Below, one piece after another: positions 1-10,016 of a stretch of 64,000 bases of DNA. The notes under the pieces are model-generated. The model was given only the letters and a program-made list of their open reading frames with translations, made no database searches and was not told the origin of the DNA. The translations under genes were made by a program, and so were the position numbers. Every line of letters begins with the position of its first letter. The first letter of the stretch is position 1. The stretch is from Nitrospirota bacterium (GTDB lineage Bacteria > Nitrospirota > UBA9217), in NCBI GenBank assembly GCA_963796285.1, contig CAWCKW010000012.1, positions 544,001 through 608,000 on the forward strand, given 5' to 3'.

Positions 1-634
1 GCAGCCTGTACGTCGATAGGAATTCAGGCAGATACGTGAACTGATAATTCCCGGCCAGCCTGATCCACAGGTCATAATCCATGACAAAATGGAGGCTCGT
101 ATCGAGGCCTCCCACACCGTTCAAAGCGCTTTTTCTGAAAAAGGTGGAGGGTTGGCATATGAAGTTGAACTGTGCCAGCCGCTGGTAGTTAAAGGGTGCC
201 GTCGGATATTTGCCGATGATCACGCCGGCTGCATCCGTAAAGCGGGCCTTGCCGTAGACGACAGCCGCTCTCGGCTCTTCGGCAAAGGTAGTCGCGGCTT
301 TCCTCAGTGCACCGGGAAAGTAGGTATCGTCGGAATTGAGCCAGGCCACGATTTCCCCTTCGGCCATACGAAAACCCTTCATGAGGGCATCGGTCTGGCC
401 ACGGTCCTTTTCGCTCAGCCAGCGGTAGCGGATTCCGCGGCATTTGACCGGCCAGGTGCCTTCGTTCATCAGCCGTTCGTAGTGTCTGATGAATTCGACC
501 GACTCGTCCTTTGAGCCGCCATCGATGATGATATAGTCGAGGGAGAAATCGCCCTCCTGGTTGAGGACGCTTTCGATTGTCTCCCGGAGATAGATTCCCT
601 GGTTGTATGAAGGCGTGACGATGGAAATCAGCAT
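1..634 (-). CDS. GT2-family glycosyltransferase (truncated at window start)
   Basis: Manual translation from ATG at 634 gives MLISIVTPSYNQG...YIIIDGGSKDES, a GT2 N-terminal signature. The start overlaps the stop of the upstream gene. Not in the ORF track because it runs off the window. Confidence 0.9.
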   Translation of the reverse strand, partial: MLISIVTPSYNQGIYLRETIESVLNQEGDFSLDYIIIDGGSKDESVEFIRHYERLMNEGTWPVKCRGIRYRWLSEKDRGQTDALMKGFRMAEGEIVAWLNSDDTYFPGALRKAATTFAEEPRAAVVYGKARFTDAAGVIIGKYPTAPFNYQRLAQFNFICQPSTFFRKSALNGVGGLDTSLHFVMDYDLWIRLAGNYQFTYLPEFLSTYRL

Positions 635-1572
635 CAGTAGCTTCGGTGCCCTTCCCGGCTCAACATCATTTGCCAGATTCTTGTACGCAGCATTACTGAT
701 TCTTTCAAATACGGAACCGGTATGCCCGCTTTTTTCAATAGTGCGAAGCTTTTTTGAAGCGCGGCAAAATAGAGGTCATAGAGACGCAAGCCCTGTTTGC
801 CGATCTTGTAGAATCGGTAGAGCTGCACCCTGTCCGGGCCCGTAATTCTGATCCCGTGAAAATGGTAAAACACGGGCGAAAGCCCGACCTGCAGTTTATT
901 CTCCATGTAGTTCACGTTCCACGGTGCAAGTGTTTTTTCCGTCTGCTGAACGATTGCCACTTCGTTCCCGAACAACTCCGGCCAGGAGTCGAGGTACTTC
1001 TGGTCGCCGTATTTCCCGTCTTCATTCCGGTCGAAACACCACTCGATGCAGCGCTCCTGCCACCAGCGCATGACCGTGCTCGCCTGCTCCGTGCGCCTCA
1101 TGGTCAAGAACTGGACGCAGAACCGTCCATTGACCAGTGAAGCACGACTATATTCGGGGGCATAGGCGTGCTCGGTGATCAAGACATGCTTGCCTGAGGC
1201 GTCGAGTTCGTTCAGGAGGATACGCGGGCTGTCAAAAAAATAAAGATCCGCGTCCAGGTAGGTGACCCGCTGGATGTCCTGGTCCCGATCGAGCACCATC
1301 TGAAACGTGAATGGCGTTAATGTCCAGCAATATTCCGCCCTGTTTCTTCCGGGCTTGACAACGAGCAAGTCCCGCGTTTCGACTTCGGCCAGAGGCATCA
1401 ATGTCACGTGCGGCAACGAAATACGTTTCAGCTGTTCCTCCACGCGCACGTCCATGCACAGGATCCACAGGTGGAACGGTTGCGCCTGGGTCATCAGCGA
1501 GTCATGGAGCGCCAGACCCATCGGGAAGAAAATTGCTGTCGAACAGCGTAACAAAATGCTCGACGTGATCAC
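634..1572 (-). CDS. Putative glycosyltransferase (GT8-like, DxD motif)
   Basis: Motifs YCWTLTPF, YLDAD and GDQKYLD. The true N-terminus EHFVTLFDSNFLP lies in an adjacent frame (indel near 1522). Confidence 0.75.
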   Translation of the reverse strand: MITSSILLRCSTAIFFPMGLALHDSLMTQAQPFHLWILCMDVRVEEQLKRISLPHVTLMPLAEVETRDLLVVKPGRNRAEYCWTLTPFTFQMVLDRDQDIQRVTYLDADLYFFDSPRILLNELDASGKHVLITEHAYAPEYSRASLVNGRFCVQFLTMRRTEQASTVMRWWQERCIEWCFDRNEDGKYGDQKYLDSWPELFGNEVAIVQQTEKTLAPWNVNYMENKLQVGLSPVFYHFHGIRITGPDRVQLYRFYKIGKQGLRLYDLYFAALQKSFALLKKAGIPVPYLKESVMLRTRIWQMMLSREGHRSY

Positions 1573-2670
1573 TTGGAAGTCATTGAGTGCCTCAATGACC
1601 GATGCTCACGTCATTATCGCTCATCTGCGGATGACAGGGGATGGAGAGACATCGAGTTGCTGCATGGTGTTCGGCGTGTATCAGTCCAATCGGTCCGATT
1701 TTCACATTGGGCAGGGCGTTGATGGTTGACGGGGATCGGGTAATGGATGAGGCTTGCCACTCCCCGTTCCTGCAGATGCGTCGCAAGCCGGTCCCGTTCA
1801 TCGCAGAGGACCACATACAGGTGATACACATGGCTGTCCCGTTCGAGGGGAGACGCCATTATCCGGATACGCGGGTTGCGTATTCCGAGGGAATATGAAG
1901 TCGGCGATCTCTTTGCGGCGTTGGATGTACAGATTCAGCCATCCGAGCCGGGCGGACAGGATGGCCGCCTGCAATTCATCCAGCCGGCTGTTCAACCCCA
2001 GTTCAGGATGATGGTACCGCTGCGCCTGGCCGTAATTCCGCAGTATCCTGGCTTTGTCGGCGATCTCTTCCGCGTTGGTGATATCGCGCCGCCGTCGCCC
2101 ACAGCCCCCAGATTTTTTGTCGGATAAAAGCTGTAGGCCCCAAAGGAGCCGAACGTCCCGGCTACTTTGCCTTGCCATGCCGCGGCATGGGATTGCGCGC
2201 AATCCTCCAGAAGATGAATTCCGGACCGCTCGCAGAGCGCGTCCATCTCTCCATGTTGCGCACCTGACCGTACAGATGCACGAGCAGAACAGCCCTCGTG
2301 CGCGGGGAGATGCAGCGCTCAGCACTGATCGGGATCCAACAGTGCTGTTGCCGGGTCGATATCGGCAAGCACCGGGGTAGCACCGGCCCTGATGATCGCC
2401 AGTACTGTTGCAAACGCGGTCATGGGCGTGGTAATGACCTCATCGCCCTTACCGATCCCGAGCGCGCGCAAGCCGATCTCGATGGCGTCCATGCCGTTGC
2501 CGACGCCGATCGCGTGCTTGTGCTCCACAGCGGGCCGCCCAGCTCGACTCGAACTCTTTCACTTCATTGCCGAGGATATACCAGCCGGAGCGCACCACGC
2601 GCTCAACAGCAGCTAGTTCCTTCTGGATAAGTTCTTCAGGCTCGGCCTTGAAATCGTTCATCAGGATCAT
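1569..2670 (-). CDS. DegT/DnrJ/EryC1/StrS nucleotide-sugar aminotransferase (several frameshifts)
   Basis: Consecutive fragments: SGWYILG, GNGMDAIEIGLRALGIGKGDEVIT, VHLYGQ, EDCAQSH, SFYPTKNLGAVGDGG, NSRLDELQAA, HVYHLYVV. Confidence 0.9.
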
Positions 2671-3674
2671 TAATTCAACTCCCAGTAGTTCTTACCGTTT
2701 AAAACATAATACTCCAGGGATTTTTTAAGGCCTTCGCGGAGGGAGACACGCGGCGTCCATCCAAGGGCTGTCTTGATCTTCGTGAAATCGCTGTAGTAAT
2801 CGCCGATATCTATTGCCTTGCGATCGGCTGGAAAGGGGACTAGTTGATGCGATCCTTTTCCGAATAGCTCCACCATCATGGCGGCCAGGTCTTTGAGGTT
2901 GACATATTCGGAACTCCCCAGGTTGTATACTTCGCCGTCGGCCTTTGGATTGAGGGCGGCGGCGAGAAACGCGTCAACCACATCATCCACGTAGTTGAAG
3001 TCGCGCATCTGGAGCCCGTCGCCGAACACGAGGATCGGTTTCCCCTCGATCAGGTTCCGGATCCATATGCCGAGAAAGGTCTGGCGTGCGTCCTTAACCC
3101 GCATTCCCGGGCCATAGGTATTGGTCAGGCGCAGGGCGCAGGCCCGGATGGAATACACATTATTGTACAGAAGATGATACCATTCTCCCGCAAGTTTGTT
3201 GATGCCGTTAACATCGACGGGTTTAATAGGGTGCTTTTCATCAACCGGCAGATACTCCGGCTTGCCGTAAAGCTGGCGGGTGCTGGCAAATACGATCTTT
3301 ATTTTCGGGTTGTGTTTGCGGCACGCTTCAAGGATTGACAACTGCGCAGAGGCGTTGATATCAAGGTCTGTCTGGGGGTCGGTCATGGAATCAAGATGGC
3401 TGGTCTGGCCGGCCAGGTTGAATAGATAATCCTGACCCTGAATGAGATGAGCCATAGCGTGCGGGTCGCGCACATCGGTTATATTGACCATCACCCGGTC
3501 CTTAAAATCGTGAATATTGAAAAGATTGCCACCGTACTGCGGGATCAGACTGTCCACCAGGGTGACGTTGGCATCCAATTTTACCGTAAGCCGCCGTGCC
3601 AGCGATGACCCGATGAATCCCAAGCCGCCCGTGATCAGTATGTTCTTGCCGGCAAATGCTTGAAAATTATTCAT
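2670..3674 (-). CDS. NAD-dependent nucleotide-sugar epimerase/dehydratase
   Basis: Extended SDR motifs TGGLGFIGS, RLTNTYGP and RDFNYVDD. Confidence 0.9.
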   Translation of the reverse strand: MNNFQAFAGKNILITGGLGFIGSSLARRLTVKLDANVTLVDSLIPQYGGNLFNIHDFKDRVMVNITDVRDPHAMAHLIQGQDYLFNLAGQTSHLDSMTDPQTDLDINASAQLSILEACRKHNPKIKIVFASTRQLYGKPEYLPVDEKHPIKPVDVNGINKLAGEWYHLLYNNVYSIRACALRLTNTYGPGMRVKDARQTFLGIWIRNLIEGKPILVFGDGLQMRDFNYVDDVVDAFLAAALNPKADGEVYNLGSSEYVNLKDLAAMMVELFGKGSHQLVPFPADRKAIDIGDYYSDFTKIKTALGWTPRVSLREGLKKSLEYYVLNGKNYWELN

Positions 3675-4399
3675 AGGAGCCTCATTTTCTGAGCCAAAAT
3701 TATATTATCGAGGTAGAGATCATTATTACGGGGGAGAATTTTGGAAAGCAGTTCTCCCAGCAGGTTAAAGGGCGCCATGAGAAAAAAAGCTGTCAGGATA
3801 TTCAAGTACCCGTTGGAAGTAACGGTTTTTTTATAAAGGTATCCATTCAACAACTGAAAGATAACCCGGATGTCGTTCATGCTCTTTCTGCTCTCAATGA
3901 CCTTAAAGCCGTGCTTTTCCACTATCGCTATGAGCCCGAACGAGGAATAACGGGCATAGTCATGCGGCTGCTCATGCTCGTCCCAGCAGAAGGGAACGGT
4001 CATGAGCATTTTGCCCTCGGGCTTCAGTACCCGGTTCAGCTCGTTGAGAAAGTCGTCGGGATTGAAAACGTGCTCGAAGACCTCATTGATAACGAGGCTG
4101 TCGAATTCGTGGTCCTGAAAGGGGAAGGTGAGGCCGTCGTAATAGTAATCGGCCTTTTTATTTTGCCTGTTTTCAGGGGAATCTATTTCCAGGCCGATAT
4201 ACTGCGAGGATCTGAACAACCCTTCATACGGTTTTTGCCCGCAGCCGACGTCAAGAATTTTACCCGATATCGTGCCCGCAAGGCTGGAAATGTTTTTATA
4301 CAGTCCCTTTCGGGCAAAATAGAAAGGGTTGATGAACAGACCAGGTACGCCGGGCCGGTACTGTTGTTTATCGTAGTATTTTATTAACGCATCAATCAT
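3671..4399 (-). CDS. Class I SAM-dependent methyltransferase
   Basis: Motifs ILDVGCG, EVFEHV and HEQPHDYARY. Confidence 0.9.
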   Translation of the reverse strand: MIDALIKYYDKQQYRPGVPGLFINPFYFARKGLYKNISSLAGTISGKILDVGCGQKPYEGLFRSSQYIGLEIDSPENRQNKKADYYYDGLTFPFQDHEFDSLVINEVFEHVFNPDDFLNELNRVLKPEGKMLMTVPFCWDEHEQPHDYARYSSFGLIAIVEKHGFKVIESRKSMNDIRVIFQLLNGYLYKKTVTSNGYLNILTAFFLMAPFNLLGELLSKILPRNNDLYLDNIILAQKMRLL

Positions 4400-5208
4400 G
4401 AGTTTTTTAATGCAAAAGTAAACCCTTTAAAGACGGAGGGTATGGTCGCATGGTCGTCGGATTCAAAGTCGGCGATTAAATCGTAGTCGACTGATAAAAA
4501 TTTCAAGAATTTATCCAGATTGAAAAACCAGCTTGGATAACTTGCCGGATAGATATCAGCCGGAACTTTCTGGACGGTAATCCTATCATTGCCTGTGTCC
4601 AGAAACGGCGTTCTGTCGAACACCAGGTACTTGATCCTTTTATCAATGATTGTCTGTAATAAGTCGTAGGGCTTCTCAAGGTATTGGATGACGCTTGAAA
4701 GAAGGATGATGTCCGCATGCTGTTCTTTCAGGCAGTCTTCGATGCCGTAATAGAATCTGAGATGTTCATCTTCAAAGTACTGCTTTCCGCATTCCACGAA
4801 GTTCCTTTGCTCAATGATATTCCAGGTCAATTCACGCAGGTGTGACAGCATTTTTCTGTTCTGAAAATAACTGCTCCCGAGGGATCCGCCGAAATCAATC
4901 AGGTTGAGCCTGTTGTCTTCCCGTGAAGCAATCCACAAGAGAGACGCCAGCAGGGGCCACGAATACCGTACCTTTTCGAAAAGAACGGAATCGCGCTCAT
5001 GGGCCGCCGTGCCGTGTTTCACTTTCAGCAAGGCATCCTTGACCTTGTTCAGAATCACGTCGGAATCATAGCCGCCGGAGGCCTTGCGCGCTTCATCCCA
5101 CGTGCTGTAATTCCCGGAAAAAACCGCCGTGCCCATCAGGTTCTGATAAACTTTAAGCACGATCGGAGGGGAGATTTCTTTCGCAATATTTATTAATTGC
5201 CGTTTCAT
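4396..5208 (-). CDS. Methyltransferase, TIGR04325-like
   Basis: Motifs ERDSVLF, DFGGSLGSSYFQ, SSVIQY and FDRTPF, typical of this polysaccharide-cluster family. Confidence 0.85.
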   Translation of the reverse strand: MKRQLINIAKEISPPIVLKVYQNLMGTAVFSGNYSTWDEARKASGGYDSDVILNKVKDALLKVKHGTAAHERDSVLFEKVRYSWPLLASLLWIASREDNRLNLIDFGGSLGSSYFQNRKMLSHLRELTWNIIEQRNFVECGKQYFEDEHLRFYYGIEDCLKEQHADIILLSSVIQYLEKPYDLLQTIIDKRIKYLVFDRTPFLDTGNDRITVQKVPADIYPASYPSWFFNLDKFLKFLSVDYDLIADFESDDHATIPSVFKGFTFALKNS

Positions 5209-5289
5209 ATGCCTCGGGTTGATCTCCTGCGATTGATGTAATGGTCAAACATGTTTTCCGTGTAACATTCTAAGTGATGCGGCCTTGGC

Positions 5290-6036
5290 TTACTTCCTGA
5301 TCGTGACGGATTGTTTCTCCGCCGGGAAGGAGAGGCAGTGGTAAATGCGTTCCTTATCGTTGTCCGGATCGACCTTCCTGCCCTGCATATCATATAAGTC
5401 ATATCTGGCCGCATAAAGTTCTTTGCGGCCTGACCAGCCTTCCTCATGATGAAACTCAATGAAGAGGATCGGCCGCGCAGTCTGCAACATCTTCGTCATG
5501 CCGCGCAGCGCCAGTGCTTCAGCGCCTTCGATGTCAATCTTAATAAAATGAACGGGAGCGCCGGAGGGGAAATAACGATCCAGGGAGATCGCCGGAATTC
5601 GATAGGCGGCCTCTTGTTTATTCCCGTCCAGATCTTGTCCGACGATGTTCCATTCCTCACTCGCAGATCCGCGGCCAGGGTAAAGGCAAATCTCCGATTC
5701 CGTCCCGTCAGAAATCGCCATGTTTTCGACAATAATGCGCGAAGCCAAACCAGCCAGTTTATTTGCCCGTGAAAATATTCGTGCATTATCGGAAGAAGCC
5801 TCAAAGGCGACGACGCGGCCGCCAGGTCCCACGATCCTGGCCAAACGGCGCGCAATGATCCCCACATTCGCGCCGACGTCAACGCAGGTCCATCCGGGCT
5901 GAATGATTTTACTGATTAGTGTACTTGATTCGCGCTCGTACTCGCCGGAAAACCAGACAATCCAGATCAGCTTGAGCCAGTTCTGAATGGCCGTTGGTGT
6001 CCAGTTCATGATCCGTGATCTCACGTTTGTTTTCAT
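5290..6036 (-). CDS. FkbM-family methyltransferase
   Basis: Motifs VDVGANVG, VAFEA and IKIDIEGAE. The ATG at 6036 overlaps the upstream stop. Confidence 0.9.
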   Translation of the reverse strand: MKTNVRSRIMNWTPTAIQNWLKLIWIVWFSGEYERESSTLISKIIQPGWTCVDVGANVGIIARRLARIVGPGGRVVAFEASSDNARIFSRANKLAGLASRIIVENMAISDGTESEICLYPGRGSASEEWNIVGQDLDGNKQEAAYRIPAISLDRYFPSGAPVHFIKIDIEGAEALALRGMTKMLQTARPILFIEFHHEEGWSGRKELYAARYDLYDMQGRKVDPDNDKERIYHCLSFPAEKQSVTIRK

Positions 6037-7083
6037 TCCACGCTCGCAGACTGCGTCTTGTCCCGCTCCAAACATCGCCAGAGGTTGCCGTAAAAGCCAA
6101 CCGGACTGATCCACGTTTCATAGAGGCTTCTGATCGATCGCTGGAGCTCTTCGAACTCCTTGTCGGACATGCTCTTGTGAAACTCCACGATCGCATCGGC
6201 AATCGAGTCGATGTCGTCCGCGTCGATCCAGACACAATACTTTTTCCAATCGATCAAGTGATCAAAGGGCAGAACGCAGTCGGTATCGATGAAAACCGGA
6301 ATCCTCCCGCAGCTCAGCACCTCATATAAACGGTAGGAGAAATTGCCGGCCCCTCTGGTCACCAGCGCGTAATCCGCTTCCACCATGTTTCCGCACATAT
6401 TCGAGGCGGTCACGTTCTCCGCCGCCTCCCTTGAATCCGGTCCGGCCTACGAAGTTCAGGAGAATTCGTTTGTCATGCCGCAGCATCCGGACAGCCCGAC
6501 CGCGGAGCGAGGCCCCGATATTGAGCGGCCTCCCTGACAGGACCCTGAGGCCATAGAACAGGAGGCTCTTCGGACTTCGGTAATCATAGTCAACATAGCC
6601 GCAATAGGCGACCACCGGGGAAGGCCCTTTCTTCCTGACAGAGAGCTTGCCACCAAGGTAGCGGGGGACAAAATCAACTGACCAGCCCGGGAAGGCGAAC
6701 TCGAAAGGTCCCCGGGTAGACCGATAGAATGAAGTCCTGAAGATAATGGCATTGTCGAGGGGAATGGCTTCGTCCGAGTCGCTGTTAAAAAAAACCACAA
6801 CCCTTTTGCCGTTTTTTTCCGCCTCATCCGCCAACCGCGTGGCAAGGTGACTATACGCTTTGTTGCCGGGCCTCCACTCAAAGGGCACTATCGCAACGTC
6901 GGCTTCGGCCAGCGAGGGGACGAGCTCGAAAAATTTTTTGCCGCGTCTGGCGTATTCATCGAATCTCCCCGCGTCCTTGTCTCCGGCTGGTTCTGGAATG
7001 AGTCCCCAGAAAGGGAAGAGGAGCATCACATGCCGCTCTTCTGGCGGAAGATACGCTTTATCCGCATATATTTTCAGTTTCAC
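6033..7083 (-). CDS. Exostosin (GT47-like) family protein, one frameshift near 6390
   Basis: The C-terminal part ALVTRGAGNFSYRLYEVLSCGRIPVFIDTDCVLPF matches the exostosin signature. The N-terminal part is ORF 6322-7161, with a likely GTG start at 7083. Confidence 0.8.
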
Positions 7084-7181
7084 GCCGCCCTTCCTGTAAC
7101 GTTCATCAAGACCGTATGTTAACCAGCGGTCGTTCCTGCCTGTACGGGTACGTGCTTTCACCAGCTCAAGGCCAAAGCGTA

Positions 7182-8408
7182 TTAATGTATTTTCGTCACA
7201 AAGGTAAAGGCATTCAGAAAACCTTTTATCACCGTATGAATATTTATTTCATTCCTGATGATTTCTGTTGAATGAAGACCCATTTGTTTACGCAGCTGAG
7301 GATGAGCGAACAGATAGGTGATTTTCTCGACCAGATCATCCTCATCATTTTCCTTAAATAACTTTCCGCTGAATTCGTCCCGTACAAGCTTCTTTTCCGT
7401 GCCATCGCATACCGAACAGATGACCGGAAGGCCGAAACTCATGGCATCGTTGATAGAGAGTCCTCCCATTCCGGCCAGGACATAGATGGACGATGCCATG
7501 AGGTACTGCCCCAGGACTTTCGGGTCGTATACCCCTCCCACGAATCTGACGTCGGAAGCGACATGCAGTTGATCCGCAAGTTTCTTCAGTTCATTTTCCA
7601 TGGGGCCGTATCCGACGATAAGCAATTCCGCGTCACGATACTCCTTCTTCACCCTGGCGAACGCGCGAATGAGGAGATCGACTCTCTTCCACTCGACAAG
7701 CCGGCCGACGTGGATCAACCGATGCTCACTTCCGGGCAGGATGGGGTCAACGGAAGCCAGCGACTCCCTGATCTCGAAAAGTTTGTCCGTATCGGGAGAA
7801 TTATACGTAATGAAGATTTTATCCTTGCGAACACCATAGCTCCCGTATATCTCATACGCGTCCTCAACATAGTTAACGTGAGCGTCCGGCACATTGTAGG
7901 CGAACTTCATAAAATAAACATGCGTGAGACGAAGGAGACTTTCAACTCCGATCCAGTGCAATGCCGTGCCAAGCCGGCAGGGAAGTTTTTGCAGGGTGGC
8001 GGTCCTGTCATGAATGTGCGCCCGCGCCTCATCGAATCTCGGCAGCCGGAAAGGGATTGACTGCAGAATAAGTTTAATGCCCTGTCTTTTCATGGCAAGG
8101 ACAACGGGAATATTAAACAAAAATGTCATAAAATGGGCGTCGGAGACCATGACGATGTCCGGTTTTTCATCCGACAGGACTTTCCTGAGCCCCCGGAAGG
8201 AAGAGTAGATGACGAATCGCGTATATTCTTCCAGTTCATAAACCTTGAACGTTACACCCTGCTTCGTTTGATGAACGGCGTCGCCTACATGAACGCTGCT
8301 CGCCCTGGGCACCACGACAATGATTTCAACGCCGGGCGCATCGTTTAATCTGCTTAAGACGAGGTTATAATAATGCGTCAATGCATTCGTTATGTATAAA
8401 ACCTTCAA
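7182..8408 (-). CDS. GT4-family glycosyltransferase
   Basis: Motifs VGRLVEWKRVD and GGLSINDAMSFGLPVI. Likely TTG start at 8408, downstream of an AGGAG RBS. Confidence 0.9.
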   Translation of the reverse strand: MKVLYITNALTHYYNLVLSRLNDAPGVEIIVVVPRASSVHVGDAVHQTKQGVTFKVYELEEYTRFVIYSSFRGLRKVLSDEKPDIVMVSDAHFMTFLFNIPVVLAMKRQGIKLILQSIPFRLPRFDEARAHIHDRTATLQKLPCRLGTALHWIGVESLLRLTHVYFMKFAYNVPDAHVNYVEDAYEIYGSYGVRKDKIFITYNSPDTDKLFEIRESLASVDPILPGSEHRLIHVGRLVEWKRVDLLIRAFARVKKEYRDAELLIVGYGPMENELKKLADQLHVASDVRFVGGVYDPKVLGQYLMASSIYVLAGMGGLSINDAMSFGLPVICSVCDGTEKKLVRDEFSGKLFKENDEDDLVEKITYLFAHPQLRKQMGLHSTEIIRNEINIHTVIKGFLNAFTFVTKIH

Positions 8409-8482
8409 CTTGTTTCTCCTCGTGCGCAAGCGCATGACTCCGGCCGGACAGACCGGAAAATAACCAGGGAACGTATCGTTCT

Positions 8483-9199
8483 TTATTGGCCCTTCTGAAG
8501 CAAGATGCAACTGATCTGATGAGGCTCGTCTTTATTCACATGCAGGGGAGGACAAATCATCTCGCCGACCGTCCAGTATTCACCCGTGAAAAACCGCCAA
8601 TATTCCTGTTCCAGAATTTTTGCCCGATTTTCGTTCGTCCACAGGTCAAGTTCCTTCCGTGAGTACACCTGGGTGGTAAAGGGAGCATCTCCCTTCACGC
8701 TCGATCCGGCCACTTTATAAACATTTTCAACATAGTTCTTCTCGTTGTACGGAAAAGTCAGAATCAGGTGGCCTCCGGGGTTCAGGAGCGAGAGCATTGA
8801 TCTGACCGCCGCGCGGTGGTCCTTGATGTGCTCGAGGACGCTGATACAGGCAATGAAGTCGAATTTTTTATTCAACCGGGTCTTCGTGATGTCGTCATTG
8901 ATGACGTAGAAATGGCGGTTGACAATTCCCCTCGGCCAATAATCCTTGATATTGTCGATGGACGTGACGACAAAGCCGCAGTTCCTCATGATGTGCGGCA
9001 GGGCAGTAAGCCCTGAACCGACGTCCAATACCGTTTTGGGGCACGTTTTCGTCAATTGTCTGAAAAGAAATTCCAGCTCAACCGGTCTTTCATTGGTGCC
9101 GACAAATTCCTGAGAAAGGTATTCCCTTTTGCAGATCATTTGCGTATACAGCAAACCGATCTTGTTTACAAACATTTTTAAATGATGAGCCACATTCAT
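8483..9199 (-). CDS. Class I SAM-dependent methyltransferase
   Basis: Motifs VLDVGSG, CISVLEHI and LNPGGHLILTFP. Confidence 0.85.
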   Translation of the reverse strand: MNVAHHLKMFVNKIGLLYTQMICKREYLSQEFVGTNERPVELEFLFRQLTKTCPKTVLDVGSGLTALPHIMRNCGFVVTSIDNIKDYWPRGIVNRHFYVINDDITKTRLNKKFDFIACISVLEHIKDHRAAVRSMLSLLNPGGHLILTFPYNEKNYVENVYKVAGSSVKGDAPFTTQVYSRKELDLWTNENRAKILEQEYWRFFTGEYWTVGEMICPPLHVNKDEPHQISCILLQKGQ

Positions 9200-9280
9200 G
9201 AACTGGATCCTTCGGGATTGATCTGTCTACCCATTACAATCGATTGTAAATACTAACCTTGCCATTATGATACTTGTATG

Positions 9281-10009
9281 CTAGTTCACTTTTTGCCAGA
9301 TGCATGTTTCTGAAAAATGATACAGATAGGGGAATAAACCGAAATAGTCGTGTTTCTTCCATTTATTGTTCCCTGCTGTATCATGGATAAACGAATAGTA
9401 TGGTGTTTCGGCATTATCCAGGATTAAGTAGCCGCCTTGCTTGATCTTGCTCTCCGCATGTTTAAAACAGGAAGGTCTGGCTCTCCCGTCGATGAATACG
9501 ATGTCAAAATATCCGTCGGGATAGCTGTTGATGCTTGAAGCATATTCCCGGAAAGACATACCGCGGTACTGTTCATCGCCGGAACTATATGAATCCGGAT
9601 CAGATGCGTTCTGGACGGCTGCCGGTGCCGGCACGGGCTCGAAGAGGCGAAGGTTGCAGTTCGACAATCCCTTCTTGATGATTTCCTCACTGACTTTCAG
9701 GTACCAGTCCTTATTATGCTCGGTCGATATCACTTCCTGTACTCTTGCTGCAAAAAAGAGGGTGGACCCGCCTGAACCATATTCATAAACCCGCATATCT
9801 TTCCTGAGTATACTTTCCAAAAACCGTATTGCTACAAATGCTATCCATGGTTGTTCGTCAAGAATTGGCGATCTATTATTATCCAAGCTTGACCACCAAG
9901 CAGGGAAATATCTCGCCAAATCAACTACGTTAACCTGTTTCGGGTTCATCAAAAGCAGCTTAAGGGTTTCCGTTGAAAACGAATATACTTTTGAAAATAA
10001 TTTAGCCAT
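9281..10009 (-). CDS. Class I SAM-dependent methyltransferase
   Basis: Motifs VYEYGSGGST, FDIVFIDGRAR and GGYLILDNA. Confidence 0.85.
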   Translation of the reverse strand: MAKLFSKVYSFSTETLKLLLMNPKQVNVVDLARYFPAWWSSLDNNRSPILDEQPWIAFVAIRFLESILRKDMRVYEYGSGGSTLFFAARVQEVISTEHNKDWYLKVSEEIIKKGLSNCNLRLFEPVPAPAAVQNASDPDSYSSGDEQYRGMSFREYASSINSYPDGYFDIVFIDGRARPSCFKHAESKIKQGGYLILDNAETPYYSFIHDTAGNNKWKKHDYFGLFPYLYHFSETCIWQKVN

Positions 10010-10016
10010 ATTTTGT

